64,000 nucleotides of DNA from Eledone cirrhosa (lineage: Eukaryota): the NCBI GenBank assembly GCA_964016885.1, contig OZ024743.1, positions 246,760,001 through 246,824,000 on the forward strand, read 5' to 3'. Below are positions 27,299 to 39,973 of this stretch, one piece after another. Every line of letters starts with the position of its first letter. Position 1 is the first letter of the stretch. The notes under the pieces were generated by a model that worked only from the letters and a program-made list of their open reading frames with translations, did not search any database and was not told the origin of the DNA. Position numbers and translations under genes: made by a program.

Positions 27299-28571
27299 AG
27301 ATTATGTCCTCAGCATGACTAGAGTCATCTTGACCTTACACTGTCTCTGTTCAATTGCTAACTACTTTTCTCATAAATGGCAAAATTTTATTTGCTAGCA
27401 AAAAGAGAGAAAGGTACAAAAAGATGAAGAAATAGAGAAAGTATTTAGTACAAGGTATTGATAGAGAGTGATGGAAATAACATTGGGTTTATTAAATAGA
27501 TTTAAGAGGAGTAGAACAGTAGTTAGAATCAGCTATTCTTGAGGTGCAGTTATTTTCTAGAGAATGGACACTGACAATGGGTAAGTGTTGAAATGTGAAG
27601 GTTTGTTTATGAGGAAGATCTTTTTTTTATGTAAGCTAGTAGTAGTAGTATTGTCTCAAAGATAATGTGTAGGGGTGAAGTAGTTTCTAGTTATGTAAAG
27701 AATCTCAACCTTTGCAATAGTCAAGAAATATGTGGTTGATACTGAGTCTTAACTGTGCTGTGTGTATGTCATCATTATTTTTAATGTATGCTTTTCCGGT
27801 TAGCATGGGTTGGACAGGTTGTCAGTAGAGAGGGTTAGTACTCAAACAGAGCTACCGACCCCATGAATGGGACAGAAGCCTGCATCTCACATATGATCCC
27901 ATGTTCTACTGAGTACTGAGACGGGCAAGTGGCCTGCAACTTGCTTACAAACAATCCTCTGCTCTACTGAGTGCATTTTATCGTGACACCTCCCTATGGA
28001 GTTTGTCATGTATTTGACACAGCTGAAGAGTCTTCCTGGGCCTTTGTTTAGCAGGTTTTCTATCCCCAACCACTTTACAGTGTGTACTGGATCTGTTAAC
28101 CATGCAAATCTCAAACGCTACATGCAGTAAAGACTATTACAGTTCTTTAGATTAAAATGCTAGAGTATAGAACAAAATGCTTTGTGGTATTTGTACTGGC
28201 TCTCAATTTTGCCTTTCGTTCTTTCAGGCTCAATAAAATAAAGTATCAATCAAGAGTGGAGGTGTCAGAGGCTTTAACGAGATGCTTTGCTGTATTCTGT
28301 TCCAGCACTTCACATTCTAAGTTCCCATTCCAATGTTGTTGTAGACTTAATCTGTCATCTGGCTTAACACCACCTGGTTTTTGGGTGCCTTAGCAGAGTC
28401 CACTATGTTGCAAGCATATGAACTACCTCCCTCCCACCAGTCTCAGAAACCCTGAAAAAGGTTATGGAAACTACCATTCCCTCTCTGACTAAACAATAAA
28501 AATTAAAGAAAACCCTATCTATTATTATTACATTATGATAATAGATAAGGATTTCCATTATTATATTACAT

Positions 28572-28912
28572 GGAGGCACATGGCTTAGTGGTTAGAGCAT
28601 TGGTCTTGCAATCGAAAGGTTGTGAGTTCAATTCTCAGACCGGGTGATGTGTTGTTTCCTTGAGCAAGACACTTTATTTCACATTGCTCCAGTTTACTCA
28701 GCTGTAGAAATGAGATGATAGGACTGGGGTCCCTATCATTCCACTGCAAAGTGGTCGTGGAGGTGCCACGGCAAAAAAGCACCCAGCACTCACTGTAAAT
28801 GAGGTTGGTGTTAGGAAGGGCATCCAGCTGTAGAAATCAAGCCAGAATCAGTTCCCGTCCCACCCTTGCAAGCAGGGAAAAGTGGACGTAAAATGAAATG
28901 ATGATGATGATA
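28572..28912 (+). mobile_element. tRNA-derived SINE with RTE-like (ATG)n tail
   Basis: A-box TGGCTTAGTGG, B-box GAGTTCAATTC, core TCCTTGAGCAAGACACTTTATTTCACATTGCTCCAG, tail GGACGTAAAATGAAATGATGATG. Confidence 0.8.
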
Positions 28913-29594
28913 TTAAGGGCATTAAGAGCAGTGGATTGGCATGGACAATATGCTTTGCAGCATATAGTTATAGCTCTTAACATTCTGAGTTCAAATCCTG
29001 CCAAGGTTGGCTTTGCCTTTCATCCTTATGGGGTTGACAGTCTTTCCCCTTTCCTTCAAATTGCTGGCCTTGTGCCCAAAATAGAAACAATTATTATTAT
29101 ATTACTTATCTGATCTTCTACTAGTACTAGTTTCTTCTGCAATCAACTTCCCATGTTCAACCACCATTAATGATACAACTATCAAATTGTTTCTGGTCAC
29201 AGAGGTCCTATCTTCCAGAAACTAGATTCTAATATTTCCATTTCTTATAAGGTGACACCCAATCCTTCTGATTATTTATCTATATTCCACCAACACCATA
29301 ACCACCACTTGGGTTGAATTACACTTTCCACGTTATCACCTGCACACTAAAATAAATGCACTCAATATCTTTTTGCTTTAGTCTTCAGAATTGACGACAA
29401 TGGCATGTCCCTGCTTTTGTATTAAACAAGTCTAACATTAACAAAATGCAATAGTTCTGTGTGCTTTATTGAAACAGTAACCAAGGTTCTATTTAGTATT
29501 TAATACATCCACAACATGTTGGACCCAGAGCTTGTATCACAACATCGTGAAGTTAATAAGTAAACACCACATACACGTTACATAGTTTTCTTAC

Positions 29595-29713
29595 CATTCC
29601 CCAAGAATTATACGTAAAAAGGTGAAACAAGTGGATATGTCCAGTTGTTGACACAAGTCGATAATTTCCTCATCACTCAACAATCCGTCGCACACTACAT
29701 AGACGATGTTTAA
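29595..29713 (-). other. Candidate exon 3 of the unidentified minus-strand transcript (119 nt)
   Basis: TTTACTGTAG acceptor and TG|GTAAGA donor; open frame LNIVYVVCDGLLSDEEIIDLCQQLDISTCFTFLRIILGE, phase-compatible with 26389. Confidence 0.55.
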
Positions 29714-30394
29714 CTACAGTAAATCACAAATATGAACGACAATGAAATAAAGAGGGAATGAAAGTAGAAAGTTACAGAAAAAAAGGAAAGAGTTTTAAAA
29801 CATACTGAAAAAGTTTAAAGAGAAGGTTTAAAGTTTTCTATTCAAGACGATACAATAGCTTTTGTGTATGGAAAAAAGTAGCGTGTGTACTTGTGATGTC
29901 TGTGTGTATGGAGGAGTAGCGTGTGTGCAGTTAATGTGTGTGTATACATATATATATATATATATATATACACATACACATACCACATACTGATAGAGAG
30001 AGAAGAGCGTGTGTGGAATTAGTAGTGTGTGTGTGTAACTTGTTCAGTTGACCACCAACAACACACAACAAACCCTTTAAACAACATGCAAATTTCAAAG
30101 ATGCCACCGTGAGTAAATACAACAATTGTGTTCAACAGAAAACAGTGGCACCTTACAAAATCTTCAAAATGATAAATCCACAAAATAAAAAAAAATAAAC
30201 AAAATCCTTCTAAATAATGTGAGATAATCGTGTAATGATTGTCCCAAGAAAAGCGAATAAAGTTAGGAAATTGTTAAAGAAATATGTTTAGTTGTGGATA
30301 GCGAGTAGTTGAGGAGATACAGACTTTTAATAACTTATCAATCGCGACAGATTATATTTAAGAGGAAAGTCAAAATGTTCAGAAAATACAGACA

Positions 30395-30712
30395 GGCTTC
30401 GCGATCACATGGTTCTGGGTTCAGACTCGCTGTGCGGCACCTTGGGCAAGTGTCTTCCTCTATAGCCTGGGGCTGACCAACGCCTTGTGAGTGGATTTTG
30501 GTAGACGGAAATTGTAGAAGCCCGTCGTATATATAGCGTGTATGTGTGCATGTATATGTCCTGTAACTTAGCGGTTCGACAAAAACAAGAGATCATTAAA
30601 ATATGTATCAGATTTGAAAAGAATTAGGAGTCAATATGATCGACGAAATCATCGTGGTGCCCCAGCATGGTCGCCGTCTAATGACTGAAACCAGTAAAAA
30701 AATAAAAGAACT
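30395..30712 (+). mobile_element. tRNA-derived SINE remnant
   Basis: GGTTCAGACTC B-box-like, GGCACCTTGGGCAAGTGTCTTC core, GGTGCCCCAGCATGG...GAAACCAGTAAAA end. Confidence 0.65.
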
Positions 30713-31036
30713 ATATTACATACATGCACGCACACACGCACACTCACTCAAACCTATGTGTGTGTGTGTGCATGTGTGTGTGTTGATGGCTTGTTTACTT
30801 TCAAAAGAAAAATGGAGATAAAAGAATCAATGATTAGTCTTAACTTTGCACTTGTTTATTTGTTTGAGAAGAAGGTACAACGCGGTAAAGGTCTTTCAGG
30901 TGGAAGTGAGGTTTAGTTAGATATGAAGAGAAAGTAAATCGAAGCTAGAGAATAAACATGCGGAAAACAGCACAAAGTTGAATAAAAGAGCAGTTTGTTT
31001 CAAAGAATAGTTCCGACTAAGAAATCGTTGACTTAC

Positions 31037-31188
31037 AAAATCAACGGAGAAGCTGTTTACTGGAGAATTGTTGAATATTATGACTTCAAAGTGTGATATG
31101 GATGAGTTGTGAGAAGAGATATGATGGTAAAGAGCGTTTTGTTGGGAGAGCGAGACAACGAAGCGTCGTGCGGAGTGACTGTTCCCCT
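31037..31188 (-). other. Candidate exon 2 of the unidentified minus-strand transcript (donor strong, acceptor weak)
   Basis: TT|GTAAGT donor at 31036; GATTAG acceptor at 31189 with a distant pyrimidine tract; one open frame. Confidence 0.35.
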
Positions 31189-31507
31189 CTAATCAACCGT
31201 TTCCAAAATACACAAGAAATGACAAAGAAAATGAATGAAAATAATCCCAACATTCCCCGATTTTCTTTTAATCGAGTCTAGAATGACATCAGAACAATTT
31301 GTCTGTGGCGATAATTAGAGAGAGATGGCAAATTGAAATTCTTTCGGGACGAAGATTTCTGGCTATCTTCTCGCTTTTTAACAGACAATGTTTACACCTT
31401 GCTGTGTGGTTTAGTTGACTGATTAATGAGACTTCAGACAACGATCGGAATAGAAAGAAAGTAGATTTCAAACAGAATACACATGAGAATATCGTTGTAG
31501 TACTTAC

Positions 31508-31600
31508 GTGGAGAACAGAAGAGGTGTTTGGAAGAAAGCCACACTAAGTTGGACAGATTCTATAACAACTTCACGTAAAGCGCCATTTTCGTTAAAGTGA
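31508..31600 (-). other. Candidate first exon of the minus-strand transcript (TSS approximate)
   Basis: AC|GTAAGT donor at 31507; AAAATGGCG (YY1/Kozak-like) at 31581-31589, just downstream of the NRF1 motif. Confidence 0.5.
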
Positions 31601-31745
31601 ACTTAGAAAATATTGAAACTCACGCATGCGCACTGCCATCATTTTCAAACAAAGCCATGGTTGTTATTTCTAGCTTTAGTTTGGTACAAATTAAGGGGCA
31701 ATAACCTTGAAAGCTCGAGTAAAATTGATCAATAGATTGGCCTCC
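31580..31745 (-). promoter_or_regulatory. Housekeeping-type promoter: YY1 motif (31581-31589), NRF1/EWG motif TGCGCATGCG (31623-31632), CCAAT box (31736-31740)
   Basis: Motifs are read directly and lie in the usual order (CCAAT, NRF1, then YY1 near the TSS); CpG content is locally raised. Confidence 0.6.
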
Positions 31746-32129
31746 CTTACAACTCCCGACGTCTGCTTTAACAGAAACGTTAGAAAAATTAATCTGGATA
31801 TCCTTTATTTGACACAATTTAAGTCAGAAATACAAATTATCCATGAATGTGTTTAATATTTAGACAAATAAACGGGTATTTCAATTACTTGAAATATTAA
31901 AAAAAAATTCTATATGGAGCTCGTAGGTCAGAGGCCATAGCTTGAAACCTCGCCAGCACCGTTTGTTGTTTGAACTAAAGGGTAAAAACGAATTACGTTG
32001 GATGATTAAATGATATTCAAGCCTTGAAGTTAATACTTGAAATGATACTCCAGTTTGAAGGCGCTCTGGGAAGGAAGAATTTGACAAAGTAGGGAAGAGT
32101 ACGGCAGTTAAGTCGGAGTTACATGTGGA

Positions 32130-32440
32130 TACAGTGTGAGGGAATAGCTTAGAAGATCGTTTCGCACTCATTCAGTCCCGGGTTTGATCACACTGCGTGT
32201 CACCTTAGTCAAGTGTCATTTACCATAGCTTCGGATCAACCCACCTTTTGTGAATGAAATTGAGCAGACAAACTGTTTGAAAGCCCGCCGAATAGACTGT
32301 ACATATGATTCAAAAGACCAGCCTTTGTCACACGCTCTATCACTTTGAATCTCCCTGAGAATTAGGTGAAAGGTACACGCGCTTGTGGAATGCTCAGCTA
32401 ATTGCATATTAATTTCACGAACCGGAATACTAGCGTCAAC
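32130..32440 (+). mobile_element. tRNA-derived SINE remnant
   Basis: TAGCTTAG A-box-like, GGTTTGATCAC B-box-like, and CACCTTAGTCAAGTGTC core as in the other SINE copies. Confidence 0.55.
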
Positions 32441-33368
32441 ACCGACAGAGTTTCATTCCAGTAGTTACAATTTATAATAACAGTTCTGTGTATAAAGTAG
32501 ATAGATAACTTTCTTATGGAGCTACAATCAAATGTGTTAGTGATGAAGATTAAAAATATATAAGAATGTTATTTGATTTCAGTTTTATAAAAAAGGGTTA
32601 AGAACTAGTGAAATGTTTAATCTCTCCAACACATTTGTAGCTCTGTTCATAATGGAACTTCCGTCGGCTTTAACGATGAGCACTCAGTCATTCAATCAAC
32701 TTGTAAATGGTTGAGTATTCCTCAGACACACGAACCCTTAACGTAATTCACAAACCGAATCAGTCAGTGCGACACAATATGTGACAAGAATGGCTCTTTG
32801 AATTAAAGATGCAATCCATCCAACGAACTTCCAGTTTCGTCAACCCAATTTCACCCAAAAGGCTTCTGTCGACCTGTCTCCCCCCCCCCTCTCCCACTCT
32901 TCAAATGACTTTGTTTATTGGTGTCAAATGTTACCAGTGTATTAGAACATTGTAAAATAATATTTACAATTATCGCTTAGATAGTTCTTCAAATATTTCA
33001 ACTTGAAATACATACAAGGGTAATATCGTATGATCATTATGCATTTCCACTAACAGTATGTATACGATTAGGAAAGCATAACTGGATATGATGGTTGAGC
33101 GTCAATTAAAAACTGAATGAGTAACTATGTAAACAGAAGTAAATTATAAAATTTATTTCAACTAAATAAAGTAAATTGTAACCCTTAATAATGATATTCC
33201 CGTGTAAGACAACTAAAACTTAGTCTTATTTTCTTCCTGCTTATAATTGAAGACATCATAGTCGAATGAAATCTCGGTGATCCTGCTTATAGCCAGATAA
33301 AAAAAAAAATTGCAAGAGTTGTTTCCCCTTAGGTAATATCTAAATTACAGATACTTCACAGCAGTACA

Positions 33369-33511
33369 CAGTGGTTCCGAATCTTTTCACGACGAAGGAC
33401 CCCTTTATTTAAGTTCATTTTCTTTTACGGATTCTGGGTTCTTAAAGGCCTGTCTAATTAACAAGTTCAAGGACATCCAGCAGTACGTGAACTACAAGTT
33501 GGGAATCACTG
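33369..33511. mobile_element. Short hAT-like MITE
   Basis: Ends CAGTGGTTCC / GGGAATCACTG; a related left end CAGTGGTTCTCAACC lies at 35099. No clean TSD. Confidence 0.45.
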
Positions 33512-35510
33512 CATCACAACCACTGTGAGCTGCACTCACTCACTACAACCATTAAACAGCTAAGCAGTCTGGGTTATAGAAAGTTAAGATGGGAGACTAC
33601 ATGCCATGTGGACAAACATTTTTTTTTTTAATATTCAAAAAGATCTGAACATATCTGTTTTCAAGTGGTAAGAGTCGAACGATGAAGAATTCTTAGTACA
33701 TTGACACAAGGCATTATATTATACTAGTAGACCAGTGTCGTCAGGATTGGTACACCATATATACCAGAATTACTGAATATATGAACAATCATGCAAACTG
33801 GGAAATTTGCATTTTGATAAATCAATGGTTTGCATAAAAGAAACCTTAGAGTTTATGTTGATTACTGACATGTGAAAGTAATTAAAGATAAAAATGATAT
33901 ATTAATAATTTATCTCTAAGATATAATTACATAAATGTTTATTATGTATGTACAAATTGCATACAGAATTAAATACATGAGCAACTTTTGAAAACTATTT
34001 ACAGGGACAAATGTAGGGTTAGAACCCAGGACTTTGTAATTAGAAAGCAAACTTTATTGTAGCAACATAGCCAATATAAGAAATGCATTGTTTATATTTG
34101 TGTGAAAATGTTAAAGAGTTACAGACGGATGCACATACAAATACACATGGAGTTTTATCATGGTTGATCTTCCCACACCTTCTGTAAAACATCAGATAGA
34201 TATTGCTTTATGGTCCTGGAAGACAGATAAGTGTCTTGGTTCTTGTGCAGCATAACACTCAAAGCAGAACAATCAACTGTGATTATATAACTGTGCATAT
34301 TTATTTTCATAATATACATTAAAACATGTTGGCCAGTTACCCTGAAGCCCATCAGCTGAATAAGTTCATAGATAATGGTTTCTAATTTAGGCACAAGGCC
34401 AGAAAATTTGTGAGAGGGGTTAGTTGATTACCAGTACTTGGTTGGTATTTTACTTTGTTAATACCAAAAGAATGAAACACAAAATTGACCTTGGCACGAC
34501 TTAAAATCAGAACGTAAATACTGCAGAGCATTTTCTCTGGCACAAATGATTCTGCCAATCCAATACCCTGAATAAATACATTTGGTCACTCTAAATAATC
34601 CTATTGTGTTCTATTATCTATGGGTTTATTCAGGGTGCTGGATTGGCAGAATTCTTAGAGGGTTAGACTTATGAAGTACCTGCCTTTCATTTTTCTGGGG
34701 TTGATAAAATAAAATAGTCAAGTACTAGTGTCCATATAATCAACTTTTCTATCACATCAAATTGCTGACCTTGTACCTAAGTTAGAAATGTATTTTCATT
34801 CTTAACTGAAAAAGTTGATAAATTAATATCAATAAATCTATGTATGCAAAAACAAAAAGAAATGTGAAATATTTAAATGAAATGATATCTAAACATGGAA
34901 ATAAGCCCAGTTAGTAATCTAAATATATTTATACTTAAATATTTACACCTATACTACATTTCAATTTGTGTGATTAGCAATCATCATCAGGTGTCATATT
35001 CCTGGAGGAAGACATAGTTGAAAAAAAAAAAGTTGTGGTCTTTCTTGGACATAGAGGCTCACCAGGGTGGAGCATAGTAATGCTCCATTCCACAATAGCA
35101 GTGGTTCTCAACCTTTTCACCAGAGGACTTAATTTATACTAATACATTTTTTCCTGGATTCCAGGCTTTTATTTATGGTATTCATGTGCTTTAGCATGAC
35201 CTAACCAGCTTCCTTCTATGTATTGATTTACTCCTTACGGTTGTACTTCATATAAACTAACCAAGTTTGAGTGAATGTTAATACAGCAAAAAAAAAAAAA
35301 GGGGGGGGGGGGCATAACTCTGATAGAGTAAAAAGTTTCTTTTAAACAATCAGAAAATTTAATTTCATGTGATGAATCAAAAGACAACTGATTTATTGTT
35401 TGAACCTGTGAATATGAAAATTAGTGCATCCATAAAGATGCAGTTAATGAGTCCAGCTGTTTGTCCCAATCTCATACATAACATTTCAAAAAGCATCAAT
35501 TATTTTTTGC

Positions 35511-35745
35511 TTAACCCTTTTGATACCGAACAGGTTAAAACTATTATTTTTTCTGATACAATTTAAAGTGTTTATATTTATCTAAAACCCCGTCATTATA
35601 ATTTTATGCAAGAACCTTAAGTAATATTCCAAACACCAGCTTAATAATGAAAAGTTAGTTATAGTAACTAAATTCCACCAATTTGTTGATTATTTTCAAA
35701 ATTATTTGAAAAAGCAGTGTCTTTCATCAGAACAAGAGTTTAAAA
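35511..35745. mobile_element. piggyBac-like MITE family member (related copies near 39510, 39745, 51241, 56205-56590, 58525, 62608)
   Basis: Begins TTAACCCTTTTGATACC; the internal TTCCAAACACCAGCTTAATAAT...TTGATTATTTTCAAAATTATTTG recurs in the other copies. Confidence 0.6.
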
Positions 35746-36239
35746 ATAAAATGTAAAATCTGGCTGCTTTTTTTTTTACCTTGACAAGCCATTTGATAAT
35801 AAAACCTAATGCAAAAGTAACTCAAAGATTTCCTAATCTATTATATTCATACCATATAGAATAAATAATAAATATAATGCAAAAATTGATCTAAAAAGTG
35901 AGTGTTGTAACTTTTGAAAATTAAAAAAAGATGTTCAAATTGTTGAATCAACATTAGATTCTTTTGTTATAGTTAGCCTTCAGTTATAACATTGAATCAA
36001 CATTTCATGCATCCTTTTGTTTCCAAAAGCTATATAATCATTTTCAGCATGTTCATATAAAATTTCTTTCGTTTTTCACTAAGTTTATATTCATTTTTTT
36101 AACAGCAGAACTTGAACTAAGAAAATAAAGGAATACAACTAAATACAAGGCATTTTGTCCAATGCTCTACCAATTCTACCATATATGTATATACATATCA
36201 TATACACACATACTATATACATAATGTACAGTATACATG

Positions 36240-36800
36240 ACATTGTGCAAGTTGAAAAGTTAGTGATACTTATGCCTATATAAGAAATGTTTCCTGATTA
36301 GGGATAGGACTATGATATTTAAACCAAACTCTGAAGATCCTTATTTTCTGAACTTATCTACGGTGTGGTTATTTATATGGTTTGAGAATGCCAGACTATC
36401 ATTACTGCACAGGGCTGAGCTATAGGGGTGCATTTGTGTCATGAGGGTATTGAGGATGAATAAACCAACTAAATCATTGATCTCAGCCCCATCAAAGGAC
36501 CCCATAAATACAGCAAGTCCCCTTCCTTTTTTAGCCAGCATGAGTTGTCATGAAACAGTAGAATTATTCTGATCAAGGTTGCTGATCCTAGTGAATAGTT
36601 TCCCAAAATCTAGAGCTTTGAGTAGGAAAAGTTTCAATATGGAAGGATGACAGTCCATGATGTTGAACTGGGTGAAACTGCAGGTTGCTTTATTCTTTAT
36701 ACTGCAAAACCAGCTGATGACAGCATTGTTGGAGTCCCATTGGACTTTCTGATTTTTGCAATCAAGTATGTGCTAACTAATTCTGCCTATTTCACGATTA
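36240..36800 (-). mobile_element. Penelope-like element reverse transcriptase fragment, decayed
   Basis: MGSFDGAEINDLVGLFILNTL resembles the MGSxDGAExCELVGLxIL motif of PLE RTs; boundaries approximate. Confidence 0.6.
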
Positions 36801-36854
36801 GAGGGGTTAATAAGCCTACACTTAGGGTTGGAGAGAAAATTTGGTTTGTGATCC

Positions 36855-38205
36855 TTACAAATATAGCTTAATTCTGACCCTAACTAGTTGGGCAACTTTC
36901 AAAAGCTGGTTCATAAACTTGATGCTTCTATAGTTACCTCGCTCTCGTGCATCTCCTTTGTCCTTGTAGCAGTTTATAATGATACTGCGGCACCAATCAT
37001 TGGGTATGGCACCATCCTGTACTACTTTATTATAATAATTATGCATCTGATTAGCTTGTAAATTACCATGCTGGATGTTTTTAGCATCACAGCAACTATA
37101 TTGGATGGTTCAGCTGCCTTCCTTAACTTCATATCCTTAATCACTTTGTCTATCTCACTGCTGTCTATATTTATGGCTGGTCCCTCAATTGAGTTCATAT
37201 TCAGATTAGGAATAAGAGGAATCAGATGTTTACTCGAGAGAAGACTACGTTGGAATGGTCACGTGATGCGCATGAAAGACGACAGCTGTATAAAAAAGTG
37301 CAGGGCGATAAAAATAGACAGTAGCCACGAAGTAGGCAGACCCAGAAAAACCTGGGACGACTTGATAAATTCCGACCTCACACACTTACACCTCTCCAAG
37401 ACAATATCACTGGACCGAGATCTTTGGCGCTACACAGTAATACAGAAGACCCGCCTTGCCTATGTACAAAGCGAAACCTAGTCAGTAGGCACCTCTAACA
37501 AAAATACACCCCCCCCCCCCCCCCCCCCCCGTCCCACCACCCCCACCCTTTCTCTCTAAAGTTATGTTGGTACCACAACATCCAGTCCGAAACAAATGAG
37601 GGCATGTAAGTGTCACGAAAAAAAAAAAAAACTCCATGCTGTAATGTGGCCGTGTAGGTAACACGGTAAAAACCTCCCAGTCCACACTGTGAACGTGGTT
37701 GGTGTTAGGAAGGGCATCCAGCCGTAGAAAACCCGCCAGACAGTCCTATACGAGCAAGACAACCAATCTTGCCTCAAGTGGGAAAACTCCCGTCCAAACC
37801 CATGCAAGCGTGGAAGATGGACGTTAAATGATGATGATAGGCCCTCACTGTCCCATTTATCCTCTTCATTCAACAGTCTCTTGTAGTAGGACTTCCATGT
37901 CTCTTTCTTTCTGGCATCAGTCAAAGCAAGTGCTCTACTATCATTTCAGACACTTTTCCCCTACCACTTCTCTATTTTCTCTAGCACAGTCAAGCAATCT
38001 GGAACACCTCATAACATAGAACATGTGCAAATACCTGACCTCTCTTTAGCTATTTGGTAGTGCTCTGTTTCCCACTCTCTTATAGTTTTGTCTTTCTACT
38101 TTTATGGCTCTCTCTACCATATCATTCCACCACAACGTCACCATGTCATACTGGGACTTTGCTCCAACCACAAATATGGTCCTTGGCTTTCAGCAGGAAG
38201 TTGGA
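36855..38205 (-). mobile_element. RTE LINE fragment, interrupted at 37200-37840 by an opposite-strand RTE 3' end
   Basis: KKETWKSYYKRLLNEEDKWDSEG (37841-37924) continues as NSIEGPAIN...IPNDWCRSIIINCYKDKGDARERGNYRSIK (36855-37198). Confidence 0.8.
37200..37840 (+). mobile_element. 5'-truncated RTE 3' end with 3'UTR and (ATG)n tail
   Basis: RLGIRGIRCLLERRLRWNGHVMRM...GRPRKTWDD; tail GGACGTTAAATGATGATGAT. Confidence 0.85.
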
Positions 38206-39973
38206 GAAATTTCCAATTTCTTTTCTAAGCTACAAATCACAATCTCTTCTTTAGAGACATAAATGTCAAGTAAGATTTCTTTGAAAAAAACCTTCAGCTG
38301 ACTAAATTCAAACTGACAGACTATTCCAAACCTGTGGTGCATACCCTTATAATTTATTAAAATTAAACAACACAAAACACCATTTAACATATTTAAAAAA
38401 ATCAATTTATCAGGAACACAAATTAGACATATAAACACAATACAACAGTACAGGCTGAACAACATCATAGAAGACAGAGGGTCCAAAAGAAAAGAGGACC
38501 AAAAACATTAATATTTAGAAACAATTATCAAGTGTTATTTCAAAATGTTAGGAATGACACAATGTTAGTTTTTGTCGATAAGCAAAAAGAAGAAAAGAAA
38601 ATGTAAAGTGACAAACACTGAATAAATGAAAGGTAAAAAAGATTGGCAAGTTAGATGAAATTGTCTTTTCATTTAGAATTCTGAAACTGAATTCCTCTTG
38701 GACTTGGCCTTTCAAACATTTTCTTACACCAACAAAATACCATTTCATTAAGATGCTCTTTTCAAAATCCACAGCCACAGTTACTTTTAATTAAAAGACA
38801 TTTTATCCTTGAGGTTTAGCAAGTTACAATCCACTCATTCTGATAAATGTTAAGAAAGGGGATAGACTTTTCTTTCTTTTTTTTTTTTTTTCCTTCTTTG
38901 ATATTGCAGTTTAGTAGATTGAAGAGGGATTCTCTTTTAATAAATTGTCAGCTTACTTTGGAATTTGATATATGAACCTGAAAACAAATAATAATAATAA
39001 TTATTATTATTTCTAAATTATGCATAAGGCCACTTTTTTTTGGTTGGCAGTGGTGGGGTTATTTTTTCGATTATATCTTCTTCCTAAGTACTTGATCTGA
39101 TTGGTACTTGATCAACACAGGAAAGATGAAAAAGCAAAGTGAAACCCTAAGGCATTCTATCTGGTGCTCTACAAATTAATTTTGGAAGAAGACCACACAT
39201 TCTGGGAGGTGTTTAGTTGACTTGGGTATCGCTGATATACTAGAATAAAGTATAGAAGGCAAAGTTGATCTTATTGATAATGCTTACAAGCCGCCAAGGA
39301 CATTTATGTCTCATGTCAACAATATGCCATGCAGCAGGACTTGTTTATGTTGAACATAAACAAATATCACCCCAATGCATGGATCATAGTTCCTTAAAAT
39401 TGCATTTAAATACTGGGTCTAAAGTAACATGAAAATTGGTAATACTACACTGAAGAATGACATGTATTTTAGTGATTTATATAGTCAAGTAATGTTCTTA
39501 TTTTCATTGACCCTTTTGTTACTATATTTCTAAGGAAAGACACTGTTTATAATTTTCGAATCATTTTGAAAATGATTTGGAGAAATTTAGTAAAATAACA
39601 GTTGCATTTTTAAGTTTGTGTTTGGGATATAACTTAAAGGTTCTTACATAAAATTATGATGTAAGGTTTTCAGATAAATAAAAACATCTTAAAATAAACA
39701 GCTTACTATCATAGAAACGGGGGAGATTTGGTATCAAGATGGTTAACACTTTCATTACAGTATTTCAAATGAGACATTTTGTATTTTATTTAATTAATGA
39801 AGAATTTAGGAAGAATTTACTAAAATTATAAATTTATCAAGATGGTATTTGTAATATAACAAAATGTTCTTATATAAAATTATGTTGGAATGTTATATTT
39901 TAAAATTGACAGTTTTGTTTCATAGAAACAAGTGGTTTTTGGTGAGTTGGTATCAAAACTATTACTTACATTT

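Noticed and set aside
28572-28650. tRNA gene
   Set aside because: A and B boxes are present, but there is no convincing acceptor stem and the sequence runs into a SINE core and LINE-like tail.
35366-35460. C/D-box snoRNA (GTGATGA...CTGA)
   Set aside because: CTGA lies too close to the C box, there is no terminal stem or distal D box, and no plus-strand host gene is evident.
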